From assembly GCA_038225335.1 (NCBI GenBank), contig JBBREW010000001.1, forward strand, positions 1 through 40,047: a DNA stretch of 40,047 nt. The letters run 5' to 3'. The translations under genes and the position numbers were made by a program. This DNA is from Rhodobacterales bacterium. GTDB lineage: Bacteria > Pseudomonadota > Alphaproteobacteria > Rhodobacterales > Rhodobacteraceae. Of the stretch, positions 18,808-27,770 are shown one piece after another (position 1 is the stretch's first letter; every line of letters begins with the position of its first letter). The notes below the pieces were generated by a model. That model saw only the letters and a program-made list of their open reading frames with translations. It ran no database searches and was not told where the DNA came from.

Positions 18808-19548
18808 TCAGGACTTGGGCTTGAAAATCCCGTAATAGGCCCAGTCCGGCAGAAACTGCGACAGCCGGAACACCCATGAAAACAGCATGGGAAAGCTTTT
18901 CTTGAACCGTGGCGTATCGTTCATGTGTTCGAACACGGCGCGGGCGGCGTCTTCGGGTTCCATGATGAACGGCATGTTGAAGTCGTTCTTTTCGGTCAGC
19001 TGGGTCTTGATGAAGCCCGGATTGACCACCTGCACCTGCACCCCCGTCTTGCGCAAATCGGCATACATGCATTCGGCCAGGCTCATGATCGCCGCCTTTG
19101 ACGCGGTGTAACCGATGCTGCCGGGCAGACCGCGAAACGCTGTCAGGCTGCTGGTCAGGACAACATGGCCCCGGTCGCGCCGGGTGAAATCCTTGATCAC
19201 GCTGCCGACGACCCGGCTGGCCCCCAGATAATTCACATTGGCCATCGCCTCTGCCTGCGCGTTGTCCCACTCGGACGCCTGCATCGGCCAATAGACCCCG
19301 GCCAGATAGACCACGCCGTCAATGTCACCCACCTCTGCCCGGGCCCGTTCGACGTCTTTCAGATCCGCGACATCCACGGTGACCCACGACGCCTTGCCGG
19401 GCAATTCGGCCACCAATGACCGCAGGCGGTCTTCGGACCGGGCCGATACAATCACTTCGACGCCGATCTTGCTGAGTTGATGGGCAAGGGCGCGGCCCAG
19501 CCCTTCGCTTGCGCCGACGATCCAGTATCTTTTGCCTTGCCAGTCCAC
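18808..19548 (-). CDS. Short-chain dehydrogenase/reductase (RSP1087-like)
   Basis: GASEGLG, YTASK, NPGFIKT; GTG start 8 nt after GGAG. Confidence 0.9.
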   Translation of the reverse strand: MDWQGKRYWIVGASEGLGRALAHQLSKIGVEVIVSARSEDRLRSLVAELPGKASWVTVDVADLKDVERARAEVGDIDGVVYLAGVYWPMQASEWDNAQAEAMANVNYLGASRVVGSVIKDFTRRDRGHVVLTSSLTAFRGLPGSIGYTASKAAIMSLAECMYADLRKTGVQVQVVNPGFIKTQLTEKNDFNMPFIMEPEDAARAVFEHMNDTPRFKKSFPMLFSWVFRLSQFLPDWAYYGIFKPKS

Positions 19549-19590
19549 GTCATATTCTCCTGTCCGGTGTCCATCACAGATAGGGTGGGG

Positions 19591-20805
19591 TCAGCGGTCC
19601 TCAAGCCGGGTCGCGGACAACAGCGCAATCGCCAGCAGTTTCAGCCCACAGGGGATGCCGGCATAAAGCCATGTCAGCAAGGTCAGCGCCGCCTGCGGGT
19701 TGTCGCCCCCGGACACAAAACCGGACCGTTCCAGCAATGGCAACAGCAAAGCAGCGGCAAAGGCCAGTGTCAGTTTGTTGACCAGCGACCACAGCCCGAA
19801 CCCCTGCCCGCCATTGGGGGACACCACCGCCATGCGGCGGGCAAACATCGCGGGCAACAGGGTCAGATCGGCCCCGATGGAGGCCCCAGACAGCACACAG
19901 ACCACGGCAAAGGCCACCTGATCCCCAGCCCCCAGCCGCAGGGTATACCCGAATGACGCAACGGCCAGCACCATGGCGGCCAGCAGCACCGGTTTCGCCC
20001 CGTATCTGCGCGCCAGCGCGGACCAGATCGGCGACGATACCGCCGCCGCCAGAAAAAACAGGACCAGCAACGGCCCTTCCCAGCCGGGGGCGTTCAGGCG
20101 GCTGTCCACATAGAACAGGAACAAGGTGGACGACACCGCCAGCGGCGTGGCGTTCACCAGTGCCAGCAACAACAGGCGACGGGTCAGTGCATCTTGCAGG
20201 ATCGTGCGGATCTGCGTGGGCTCTGCGACCGTGCGGCCTTTCCACTCGCCCCACATGGTCGCCGCCGCCAGCAGGGCCAGCACCGCAAACCCCACCGCAA
20301 AAACCGCAAAGGGTGCAGCAACCGCCCCCATCAAGAAGGTCGGCGCGATGGCCGCGGCGCAGATACCCAGCAACGCGCCGGTCTCGCGCCACGCGGCCAG
20401 CCGGACATGGCCATCATCCCCGGCCCCTGCCTTGGCTATGCCCTGCGCATAGAAATTGATGGTCAGGAACGAAAACGCGCTGAACAGCGCCGTGATCGTC
20501 AACCCGAACCACACCAGCGGTGCGATTGGCGGCGGCACCGCGAACAGCCCCAGCATCGACAGCGCCAGCAGCACGACCCCGCCCGTCACTGCCAGCGCCT
20601 TGCGCCGGTCCAGACGTTCGCTGATCCAGCCCAGCACCGGGTCCTGCACCACGTCGACCAGCCGCAACGCCGCCAGCAACGCGCCAAGGGCGGTCAGGCT
20701 GACGCCATAGGTATCGGCATAGTATTTCGGCGCATAGATATAGATCGGCAGGCCCGCCCCGCTGATGATGGCCGCGAACAGCGCATAGGCGGGCAGACGG
20801 GTCAC
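19591..20805 (-). CDS. MFS transporter, GPH/MFS_2 type (RSP1089-like)
   Basis: About 12 hydrophobic segments, DVVQDP.LG..S; GTGA overlap with the DUF1365 stop. Confidence 0.85.
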   Translation of the reverse strand: MTRLPAYALFAAIISGAGLPIYIYAPKYYADTYGVSLTALGALLAALRLVDVVQDPVLGWISERLDRRKALAVTGGVVLLALSMLGLFAVPPPIAPLVWFGLTITALFSAFSFLTINFYAQGIAKAGAGDDGHVRLAAWRETGALLGICAAAIAPTFLMGAVAAPFAVFAVGFAVLALLAAATMWGEWKGRTVAEPTQIRTILQDALTRRLLLLALVNATPLAVSSTLFLFYVDSRLNAPGWEGPLLVLFFLAAAVSSPIWSALARRYGAKPVLLAAMVLAVASFGYTLRLGAGDQVAFAVVCVLSGASIGADLTLLPAMFARRMAVVSPNGGQGFGLWSLVNKLTLAFAAALLLPLLERSGFVSGGDNPQAALTLLTWLYAGIPCGLKLLAIALLSATRLEDR

Positions 20806-21554
20806 GACACCTCGTCCTTGGGTGGTTTGGACCAGCGGCGGAACGTGGCGCCCTTCCACCACAGCTTTATCGCCTGCCAATGGATCAGGGCCAGCACCCG
20901 TCGCGACCCGAACGGACGCCGCAGGATCGCCCGCAGGATACCGGCATCGGTCAGCGGCCGCCGCTGCCCCGTCAGGGTAGCGACCAGCCCCCCTGCGCCG
21001 CGGGTATAATCAATGCGGATATCCACCGCGTCGGGGGTGATATCGAACCGGAACGTATAGCCGCCCGCGATGGGTTGAAACGGCGAGACGTGAAAGATCT
21101 TGTCAGCCGCAAGAACGCTGTCAGCGGTGATCGGTGCAAGGTCAGGCAGGCGGCACAAATAGGAATGGCGGTCGCCAAAGGTGTTGCCCACCTCTGCGAT
21201 GACACAGCGCATCACGCCCGCATCGTCGTGGATCAACCAGAAACTGACAGGGTTGAACACATGCCCCAACACGCGGGGCTGCGCCAACAGATCAATCCGC
21301 CCGCCCAGCGAGATGCCATGCGCCGACAAGACCTGTCGGACCCACACCGTCCCCTGCCCGGCACCGACGGTCCCGCCGTGATCGCAGTCGTGCAACGCCA
21401 TGACGCCGCGCCGGTTGCGGCCGAATAACCGTGGCCCTGCCAGATCGGCATCCGCATCGCAGATCACATAGTCGATGGAATACCGGAACGTGTTGCGCAC
21501 CGCGCCCTTGCGTCCGTGAAAGGTCTGACCCGCAATGTGGTCGATCCCGGTCAC
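20802..21554 (-). CDS. DUF1365 protein (UfaO/RSP1090-like)
   Basis: H.R....N.FRY, PRVLGHVFNPVSFW, EV.NTFGDRHSY, KIFHVSPF, IHWQA.KLWWKG; GTGA overlap. Confidence 0.88.
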   Translation of the reverse strand: MTGIDHIAGQTFHGRKGAVRNTFRYSIDYVICDADADLAGPRLFGRNRRGVMALHDCDHGGTVGAGQGTVWVRQVLSAHGISLGGRIDLLAQPRVLGHVFNPVSFWLIHDDAGVMRCVIAEVGNTFGDRHSYLCRLPDLAPITADSVLAADKIFHVSPFQPIAGGYTFRFDITPDAVDIRIDYTRGAGGLVATLTGQRRPLTDAGILRAILRRPFGSRRVLALIHWQAIKLWWKGATFRRWSKPPKDEVS

Positions 21555-22849
21555 TCTGCCGCCATGTCCTGCCGGGTCGCGGCGTTCAGCGCGGTGACAA
21601 CGTCGTGGGCGGATGCAAGTCCGTCTTCGTGAAAGCCGTTCTTCATCCACGCCCCGCAGAACCATGTGCGGTTGGTGCCGTTCATCGCCCGCATCTGCCC
21701 CTGCGCCGCCAGTGCGGCGGTATCATAGACCGGGTGACGCAGGCTGGTTTCGTCCCAGATCAGGTCCTCGCGGATGCTGCGGGTCGTGTTCAGCGTCACC
21801 ATGTAATCCTGCGGCCCCAACCAAGGCTGAAGCGAGTTCATCCAATAGGTCAGATCAATCTGGTCGGTCTTTTTCGACGCATCCTCTGTGTAAATCCACG
21901 ATGCCCAGACCTTGCGGCGTTTGGGCATGATCGCGGTGTCGGAATGCAGCACGACACGGTTCGGCTGATACCGCACGGCCCCCAGCATATCGCGTTCCGC
22001 AGGCGAGGCATCGGCCAGCAGGGCCAGCGCGTCGTCGGAATGGCTGGCAAAGATCACCTCGTCGAAATCTTCCCACTCTGTCCCCATCGCGCGGACCTGC
22101 ACACCCTGCGGGCTGCGCCGCACACCGGCCACGGGCGTGGACAGACGGATATCGACCCCGCGCCGCGCCAGATCGGCCGCCAGACGCTGCACATACTGGA
22201 TGCTGCCGCCATCGACGGTGTACCACTGGTGCTGCCCGGTGGCCCCCAGCAGCGCGTGGTTGTCGAAAAACCGCAGCAGGGCATAGGCCGGGAAATCCAG
22301 TATCTTTTCCTTTGGCGTGGACCAGATCGCGCCGGAAAACGGCAAAAGGTAATGATCGCGGAAATAGGCGGACAGCCCCAGTTTCAACATCAGCTCGCGG
22401 ATCGTCAGATCGGAATTGGCGCTGGCGGCCAAGCCGTGCTTGTTGAAATGCAGGATGTCGCGGATCATGCGCAGGAACAACGGATTGGCCGCGTTGCGCC
22501 GCTGCGCGAACAAGGCGTCAAGCGAGGTCAGCGCATATTCCAGTCGCCCCCCGTCAAAGGACGCGCCAAAGCTCATGTTGCTTTTGACGACGGGCACCGA
22601 CAGATGATCGAACAGCGCGGTCAGCAGCGGATAGTTGGCATAATTGAACACGATGAACCCGGTATCGACCGGCGTGTCGCCCGCAGGGCCCGCCATCCGG
22701 GTCCGTGCATGGCCTCCCAGGCGGGGGCAGGCTTCGAACAGGGTGACGTGGTGATCGGGTGACAGGGCATGGGCCGCACCCATGCCGGAAATCCCGGCCC
22801 CGATCACAGCGATCTTGCGGGGCAAGGCGGGTGCAGTTTCAAATGGCAT
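21551..22849 (-). CDS. FAD-dependent oxidoreductase (UfaD/RSP1091-like fatty acid desaturase)
   Basis: IAVIGAGISG, RLGGHA, VDTGFIVFN..NYP, AIWS, TYWMN.LQ, GAW..NGFHEDG; adjacent to DUF1365. Confidence 0.88.
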   Translation of the reverse strand: MPFETAPALPRKIAVIGAGISGMGAAHALSPDHHVTLFEACPRLGGHARTRMAGPAGDTPVDTGFIVFNYANYPLLTALFDHLSVPVVKSNMSFGASFDGGRLEYALTSLDALFAQRRNAANPLFLRMIRDILHFNKHGLAASANSDLTIRELMLKLGLSAYFRDHYLLPFSGAIWSTPKEKILDFPAYALLRFFDNHALLGATGQHQWYTVDGGSIQYVQRLAADLARRGVDIRLSTPVAGVRRSPQGVQVRAMGTEWEDFDEVIFASHSDDALALLADASPAERDMLGAVRYQPNRVVLHSDTAIMPKRRKVWASWIYTEDASKKTDQIDLTYWMNSLQPWLGPQDYMVTLNTTRSIREDLIWDETSLRHPVYDTAALAAQGQMRAMNGTNRTWFCGAWMKNGFHEDGLASAHDVVTALNAATRQDMAAE

Positions 22850-22891
22850 CAGGGTGTCGACTCCGGCGCGGACTGGGTGTGGGGTGCATCG

Positions 22892-22926
22892 CTTCTGACA
22901 CAGGCACGCGACCCTGTATCAAGAAG
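22892..22926. promoter_or_regulatory. Imperfect inverted repeat upstream of the ufaD-like operon
   Basis: CTTC-TGACACAGG-N8-CCTGTATCAAGAAG. Confidence 0.35.
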
Positions 22927-22960
22927 TTGCGCCGCCCCGTTGTGGTCAACTGTCGCAGGG

Positions 22961-23356
22961 TCAGTTCCAGGCCAGCGGGACCAGCACCTGATCCGCCCCC
23001 GGCGTGCCCACGCCCATGAACCCGTCACCGTTGCGGTCCAGATAGAATGTCCGGCCCGGATAGGCCCCGGTCACGATGTACTGTCCGTCCTGAAGCGTCA
23101 GCACACCGGCAGGACCTTTTGCCGATCCACCGCAGATCGCCGCGCCTTCGCGGCAGGGCACCATCGTATAGGTCTGGATCACGCGCAAGGGATTGGCGTC
23201 CCTGACCAGCACGGACACCGCCCCGGTGTCGAACGGCGTGTCGAAAAACGCATCGTTAAAGGCAGCGACGGTGGCCACCGGACCATCCGACAACGGTCCA
23301 CTACAGGCGGCCAACGACAAGGCCAGCGCGGCGGAGGCAATCAGGGGAAGTTTCAT
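22961..23356 (-). CDS. Hypothetical lipoprotein
   Basis: MKLPLIASAALALSLAAC lipobox; AAGGA upstream; start could also be 23362 or 23365. Confidence 0.7.
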   Translation of the reverse strand: MKLPLIASAALALSLAACSGPLSDGPVATVAAFNDAFFDTPFDTGAVSVLVRDANPLRVIQTYTMVPCREGAAICGGSAKGPAGVLTLQDGQYIVTGAYPGRTFYLDRNGDGFMGVGTPGADQVLVPLAWN

Positions 23357-23381
23357 TGGCATCATCCTTGGGTCCATGGGT

Positions 23382-24539
23382 TCAGTCTTGGCCGCTGGCC
23401 TGTCGTGGCGCAAGAGGCAATGGCGTGGCTACAGACGTGGGTGTCAGTTCTTCAAAGTCAAAGTTGTCAAGCCTGTCGGCCCGCTTGCCGGCCCGCGTGG
23501 CTGCCGTCAGCACCCCGGCCACATCCTCGCCGGCCTGCCGCAGGTGGGTTTCCAGCTTGCCTGCCTTTTCGGTGATAATTTCCACATCCCGGTGCAGATG
23601 GCGCAGGGCGGTGCGGATCGCCCCCGCCTGTTCGCGCATCCGTGCATCCTTCAGAATGGCACGCATGGTGTTAAGGGTCGCCATGCAGGTCGTGGGCGAC
23701 ACGATCCAGACGCGGGCATCGAAACCCGCGCGCACCACTTCGGGCAGACGGGCGTGCAGTTCGGCATAAACCGCCTCTGACGGCAGGAACATGACCGCGC
23801 CGTCGGCGGTCTCTCCCTCGATGATGTATTTCTCGCTGATGTCGCGGATATGCTTGCGCACGGCATAGCCAAAGGCCCGCAGCGCCTGCGCCTGTGCATC
23901 CCGCGTGTCGGCGGCGGCCAGCGCCTCGTAGGCTTCCAGCGGAAATTTCGCGTCGATGACCAAGGGGCCGGGCGGGTTTGGCAGATGCACCAGACAATCC
24001 GCCCGCTTGCCGTTCGACAGGGTGTGCTGCAACGTGAAACTGTCCGGCGGCAACGCCTTGCCGACAATATCGGTCAACTGGATTTCACCGAACAGGCCCC
24101 GGCGCTGCTTGTTCGACAGGATGTCCTGCAACGACAGGACATCGCCGGACAGCTTTTCGATATTGGCCTGCGCGCGGTCGATGGTCGCCAGCCGTTCCTG
24201 AAGTTCGGTCAGCTGCTTGGTCGATTTTTCCGCCGATCCGGTCAGGGTTTCGGTCATGCCGGCCTGCACATCGGCCAGACGGCGTTCCAGCACACCCAGC
24301 ACCTGGGTCTGTGCAACCACCTGCGTGTCCGCCACCGTGCGGATATTCGCCCCCAGCTGAGTCTGCGTGTGCCCCAGCGCCTGCATATAGTCCGACAGGT
24401 CGGCCATGCGGGCCGTCAGATTGTCCAGCGACCGGCGCTGCCTGCGGTGCAGCACCGCAGCGCCCAGCAGGACAAGAACCACCACGGCCACAATCCACGG
24501 ATGGTCCCGCGCCAGTGCGATCAGATCGGCACCGGTCAT
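23382..24539 (-). CDS. rmuC: DNA recombination protein RmuC
   Basis: N-terminal TM segment and coiled coil, RGLFGEIQL, IDAKFPLE, KYI, FLPSEAVY, SPTT. Confidence 0.93.
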   Translation of the reverse strand: MTGADLIALARDHPWIVAVVVLVLLGAAVLHRRQRRSLDNLTARMADLSDYMQALGHTQTQLGANIRTVADTQVVAQTQVLGVLERRLADVQAGMTETLTGSAEKSTKQLTELQERLATIDRAQANIEKLSGDVLSLQDILSNKQRRGLFGEIQLTDIVGKALPPDSFTLQHTLSNGKRADCLVHLPNPPGPLVIDAKFPLEAYEALAAADTRDAQAQALRAFGYAVRKHIRDISEKYIIEGETADGAVMFLPSEAVYAELHARLPEVVRAGFDARVWIVSPTTCMATLNTMRAILKDARMREQAGAIRTALRHLHRDVEIITEKAGKLETHLRQAGEDVAGVLTAATRAGKRADRLDNFDFEELTPTSVATPLPLAPRQASGQD

Positions 24540-26380
24540 GTGCGCCCGAACAGCCGATCAATATCGGCCAGCGACAGCGTGACGGATGTGGGCCGCCCGT
24601 GGTTGCATTGCCCCGACAAAGGCGTCGCCTCCATGTCGCGCAGCAGGGCGTTCATTTCCGGCCCGGACATGCGCCGCCCGGTCCGCACGGACCCGTGACA
24701 GGCCATCCGCGACAGGATCGCGTCGATCCGCGCCTGCAAGGGGGCCACATCGGCCCCGTCCTGCAAGGCATCCAACACATCCAGCACCAGCCGCCGCGCG
24801 TCCACGGTGCCCAGAATGGCGGGCGTTTCGCGCACGGCGATCGCAGACCCGCCAAAGGGTTCGATGGTCAGCCCCAGCCGCGCCAGATCATCCGCGACAC
24901 CCAGCAACAGATCGGCGTCAACGGGCGACAGATCAATGATGTCGGGGATCAACAGGGCCTGCGCCGCCACCCCTGCCACTGCGGATTGCTGTTTCAGCCG
25001 TTCGTAAACCAACCTTTCTTGGGCCGCGTGGGCATCCACGATCACCAACCCGGTCGCCGTCTGGGACAGGATATAGTTTTCGTGCAGTTGCGCCCGCGCA
25101 GCCCCCAACGGCAGTTGTTCGTCTGCCGCCTCTGCCGGACCGGGTGTCGGCGCGTCGATCCGGGCAGAGGGCTGTTCCGCAAACCCCGACTGAAAGGTCA
25201 TCGACGCCGCCGTGAACCGGGGCACCGCACCGGGGCGGTCCATCTGATAGACGCGCGGACCCGGCGTCGGGGTCATCGCACCCAGGGCCGCGTGACCCAC
25301 AGTCGTCGCACTGCGATGGCCCGCCTGTGCAAGCGCCTGCCGGATGCCGGACACGATCAGGCCGCGCACGCAGGCCGGATCACGGAACCGCACCTCTGAT
25401 TTCGCGGGGTGGACATTCACATCAACCAGCACCGGGTCACAGTCGATGAACAGGCAGGCCACCGGGTGCCGGTCGCGCGACATCACATCCATATACGCGG
25501 CGCGCAACGCGCCCAGCAGCATCCGGTCGCGCACCGGACGGCCATTGACGTTCAGGTATTGCGCGACGGCGGCACCTTTGGAAAAGGTCGGCAGGGCAGC
25601 AAAACCCGTCAGGTGAAACCCGTCGCGTTCCGCGTCAAGGGGCAGGGCATTGTCGGCGAAATCGCGCCCCAGCACCGCCCGCAGCCGCCCGTTCAACGCA
25701 TCGAACATGTCGCCGGTTTCGCCGTCTGCCCGGAACAGGACACGGGTATCCCCGCCAGAGGCATCGCGCAGGACAAAGGTCACAAAAGGTTCCGCCATCG
25801 CCAGACGGCGGATCACATCGACAACAGCCTGCGTTTCCGCCCGGTCGGTGCGCAGGAATTTCAGCCGTGCGGGCGTGGCATAGAACAGATCGGCCAGATC
25901 GACCTGCGTGCCACGGGTCAGTGCAGCAGGCGTCACGGCCCCCATGCGCCCGCCCGCCACATGCACCATTGCGGCACTGTCAGACCCTGTGGCCCGGCTG
26001 GTGATCGTCAGACGACCCACGGCCCCCAGCGACGGCAAGGCCTCGCCTCTGAACCCGAAAGAGTGGATGTTCAGCAGATCGGTCCCGTTCGTCTTTGACG
26101 TGGCATGGCGGGACAGGGCCAGCGGCAGATCATCGCCCGCGATCCCGCATCCGTCGTCCACCACCCGGATCAGGGTCTTGCCGCCATCGGCAATCGTGAT
26201 GTCGACCCGACCTGCACCGGCGTCGATGCTGTTTTCAACCAGTTCCTTGACCGCGGCGGCGGGGCGTTCCACCACCTCGCCTGCGGCGATCCGGTTGATC
26301 GCGGCTTCGTCCAGCTGGCGGATCACGGGCCGGGCATCCGGGCGCTGCGCATGGCGCATCTGGGGGGCGGTCATTGACAT
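24536..26380 (-). CDS. mutL: DNA mismatch repair endonuclease MutL
   Basis: IAAGEVVERP, KELVENSIDA, RHATSK, GFRGEAL, VDVNVHPAK, DAHAAQERLVYE, ACH, CNHGRP; start 26380 or 26374. Confidence 0.97.
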   Translation of the reverse strand: MSMTAPQMRHAQRPDARPVIRQLDEAAINRIAAGEVVERPAAAVKELVENSIDAGAGRVDITIADGGKTLIRVVDDGCGIAGDDLPLALSRHATSKTNGTDLLNIHSFGFRGEALPSLGAVGRLTITSRATGSDSAAMVHVAGGRMGAVTPAALTRGTQVDLADLFYATPARLKFLRTDRAETQAVVDVIRRLAMAEPFVTFVLRDASGGDTRVLFRADGETGDMFDALNGRLRAVLGRDFADNALPLDAERDGFHLTGFAALPTFSKGAAVAQYLNVNGRPVRDRMLLGALRAAYMDVMSRDRHPVACLFIDCDPVLVDVNVHPAKSEVRFRDPACVRGLIVSGIRQALAQAGHRSATTVGHAALGAMTPTPGPRVYQMDRPGAVPRFTAASMTFQSGFAEQPSARIDAPTPGPAEAADEQLPLGAARAQLHENYILSQTATGLVIVDAHAAQERLVYERLKQQSAVAGVAAQALLIPDIIDLSPVDADLLLGVADDLARLGLTIEPFGGSAIAVRETPAILGTVDARRLVLDVLDALQDGADVAPLQARIDAILSRMACHGSVRTGRRMSGPEMNALLRDMEATPLSGQCNHGRPTSVTLSLADIDRLFGRT

Positions 26381-26411
26381 GCCACTAGGGATAGCATGAC
26401 CAGCGCCGATT

Positions 26412-26448
26412 CTACGAGGGGGGAAATGGCACATTCCCCCCCGCGTAG
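26412..26448 (-). terminator. Long hairpin after the M16 peptidase pair (terminator or stabiliser)
   Basis: CTACGAGGGGGGAAATG-GCA-CATTCCCCCCCGCGTAG; no U-tract. Confidence 0.4.
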
Positions 26449-26456
26449 CGGGCAGT

Positions 26457-27770
26457 TCAATCGCTGGAGGCCAATCCCTCTGGCTGCCCTACGACGACAA
26501 AGTGCAGGGCATCGGGTTGCAGCAATGCGCGGGCCACGCGATTCACATCATCAAGTGTGACCGCATTCAGCATGTCATTCCGGTCGATCACATATTCGGG
26601 CGGCAGACCGATGACCTGCATCCCCACAAGAATGGATGCAATGTCGGCGTTGCCGTCGAACCGCAACGGATAAGCACCGGTCAGATAGGTTTTCACCCGG
26701 TCCAGCTCGTCCTGCGTCATGCCGTCATTGGCCATGCGCGCCCATTCGGCGCGGATGACCTCTGTCGCTTCTGCGATGGTCGCATTGGCGGATGCGACCT
26801 GCCCAAGGATCAATTCACCGTGGAATTTCGGCACAAGATAGGTGCTGACGCCATAGGTCAGACCGCGCTTCTCTCTCACCTCCTGCATCAGGCGGGATTC
26901 AAACCCACCGGCCCCCAATGCTTCGTTCAGGATATAGGCAGCCATGTAGTCGTCATCGTCGCGGGCAATGCCCGTATGACCGAACAGCGCCACGGCCTGC
27001 GGCGTATCGAACGGCACGACCGTCACACCACCGGTCAGATCATAGGCGGCCGTGTCCGGCAGGGGTGGCCCGGTGTCCGGCAGATCACCCAGCAGATAAT
27101 CCAGCATCGGTCCCAGTTCCTCTGGCGTGATGTCGCCCACGACACCCACATACAACCGGTCCCGCGTCAGGGCATTGGCATGCGCGGTCTGGATATCGTC
27201 GCGGGTCAATGCCGTCACGCTGTCCACGGTCCCCGACAGGGACGACCCGTAAGGATGGTCACCAAAGGCTGCCGCATCGAATGTGGCGCTGGCGATCGCA
27301 TTCGGCGATTTGGCATCGCTGGCGATATTGGCCAGAACCTGACTGCGCACCCGGTCGATGGCGTCCATGTCAAACCGGGGATTGACCAGTGCCGCCCGCA
27401 GCAGATCAATGGCCGCATCGCGGTTTTCGGTCAGGAACTGTGCCGAGACCGACACCATGTCGTCACCGGCGTCGAAACCGAAACTTGCGGCCAGCTCTTC
27501 TCTTTTGGTCTGAAAGGCCAGCGCGTCCATGTCGTCGGCGCCTTCTTCGATCAGGGCCATCATCAGGTTCGTGGCACCGCGTTTGCCGGGCACGTCAAGC
27601 GCGGCACCGCCCCGGATGCGGATATCCAGCGCGGTAAAGGGAATGTTGTCGTCCTGCACCAGCCAAGCGGTAATCCCGCCGGGCGATGTGACCTGACGGA
27701 TATCGACCGCAGCCTGCGCGATCGACGCGGATACGGCCAGACAGACCGTCAGTGCGAAACGCATCATCAT
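26457..27770 (-). CDS. M16 family zinc peptidase, non-catalytic subunit
   Basis: Signal peptide; no HXXEH; SRL..EVREKRGLTY motif; ATGA overlap with the partner gene. Confidence 0.88.
   Translation of the reverse strand: MMMRFALTVCLAVSASIAQAAVDIRQVTSPGGITAWLVQDDNIPFTALDIRIRGGAALDVPGKRGATNLMMALIEEGADDMDALAFQTKREELAASFGFDAGDDMVSVSAQFLTENRDAAIDLLRAALVNPRFDMDAIDRVRSQVLANIASDAKSPNAIASATFDAAAFGDHPYGSSLSGTVDSVTALTRDDIQTAHANALTRDRLYVGVVGDITPEELGPMLDYLLGDLPDTGPPLPDTAAYDLTGGVTVVPFDTPQAVALFGHTGIARDDDDYMAAYILNEALGAGGFESRLMQEVREKRGLTYGVSTYLVPKFHGELILGQVASANATIAEATEVIRAEWARMANDGMTQDELDRVKTYLTGAYPLRFDGNADIASILVGMQVIGLPPEYVIDRNDMLNAVTLDDVNRVARALLQPDALHFVVVGQPEGLASSD

Noticed and set aside
19546-19553. Out-of-frame ATG at 19553 just upstream of the SDR GTG start, suggesting a frameshift
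   Set aside because: GGAG is well spaced (8 nt) for the GTG, and the SDR N-terminus is complete.
25000-25040. MutL endonuclease motif reads DAHAAQERLVYE instead of DQHAAHERxxYE
   Set aside because: The metal-binding D, H, E, E residues plus the ACH and CNHGRP motifs are intact, so there is no evidence of inactivation.
26457-27770. M16 peptidase lacking HXXEH as a possible pseudogene
   Set aside because: Active/inactive M16B heterodimer pairs are well known, and the ORF is intact and coupled to its partner.
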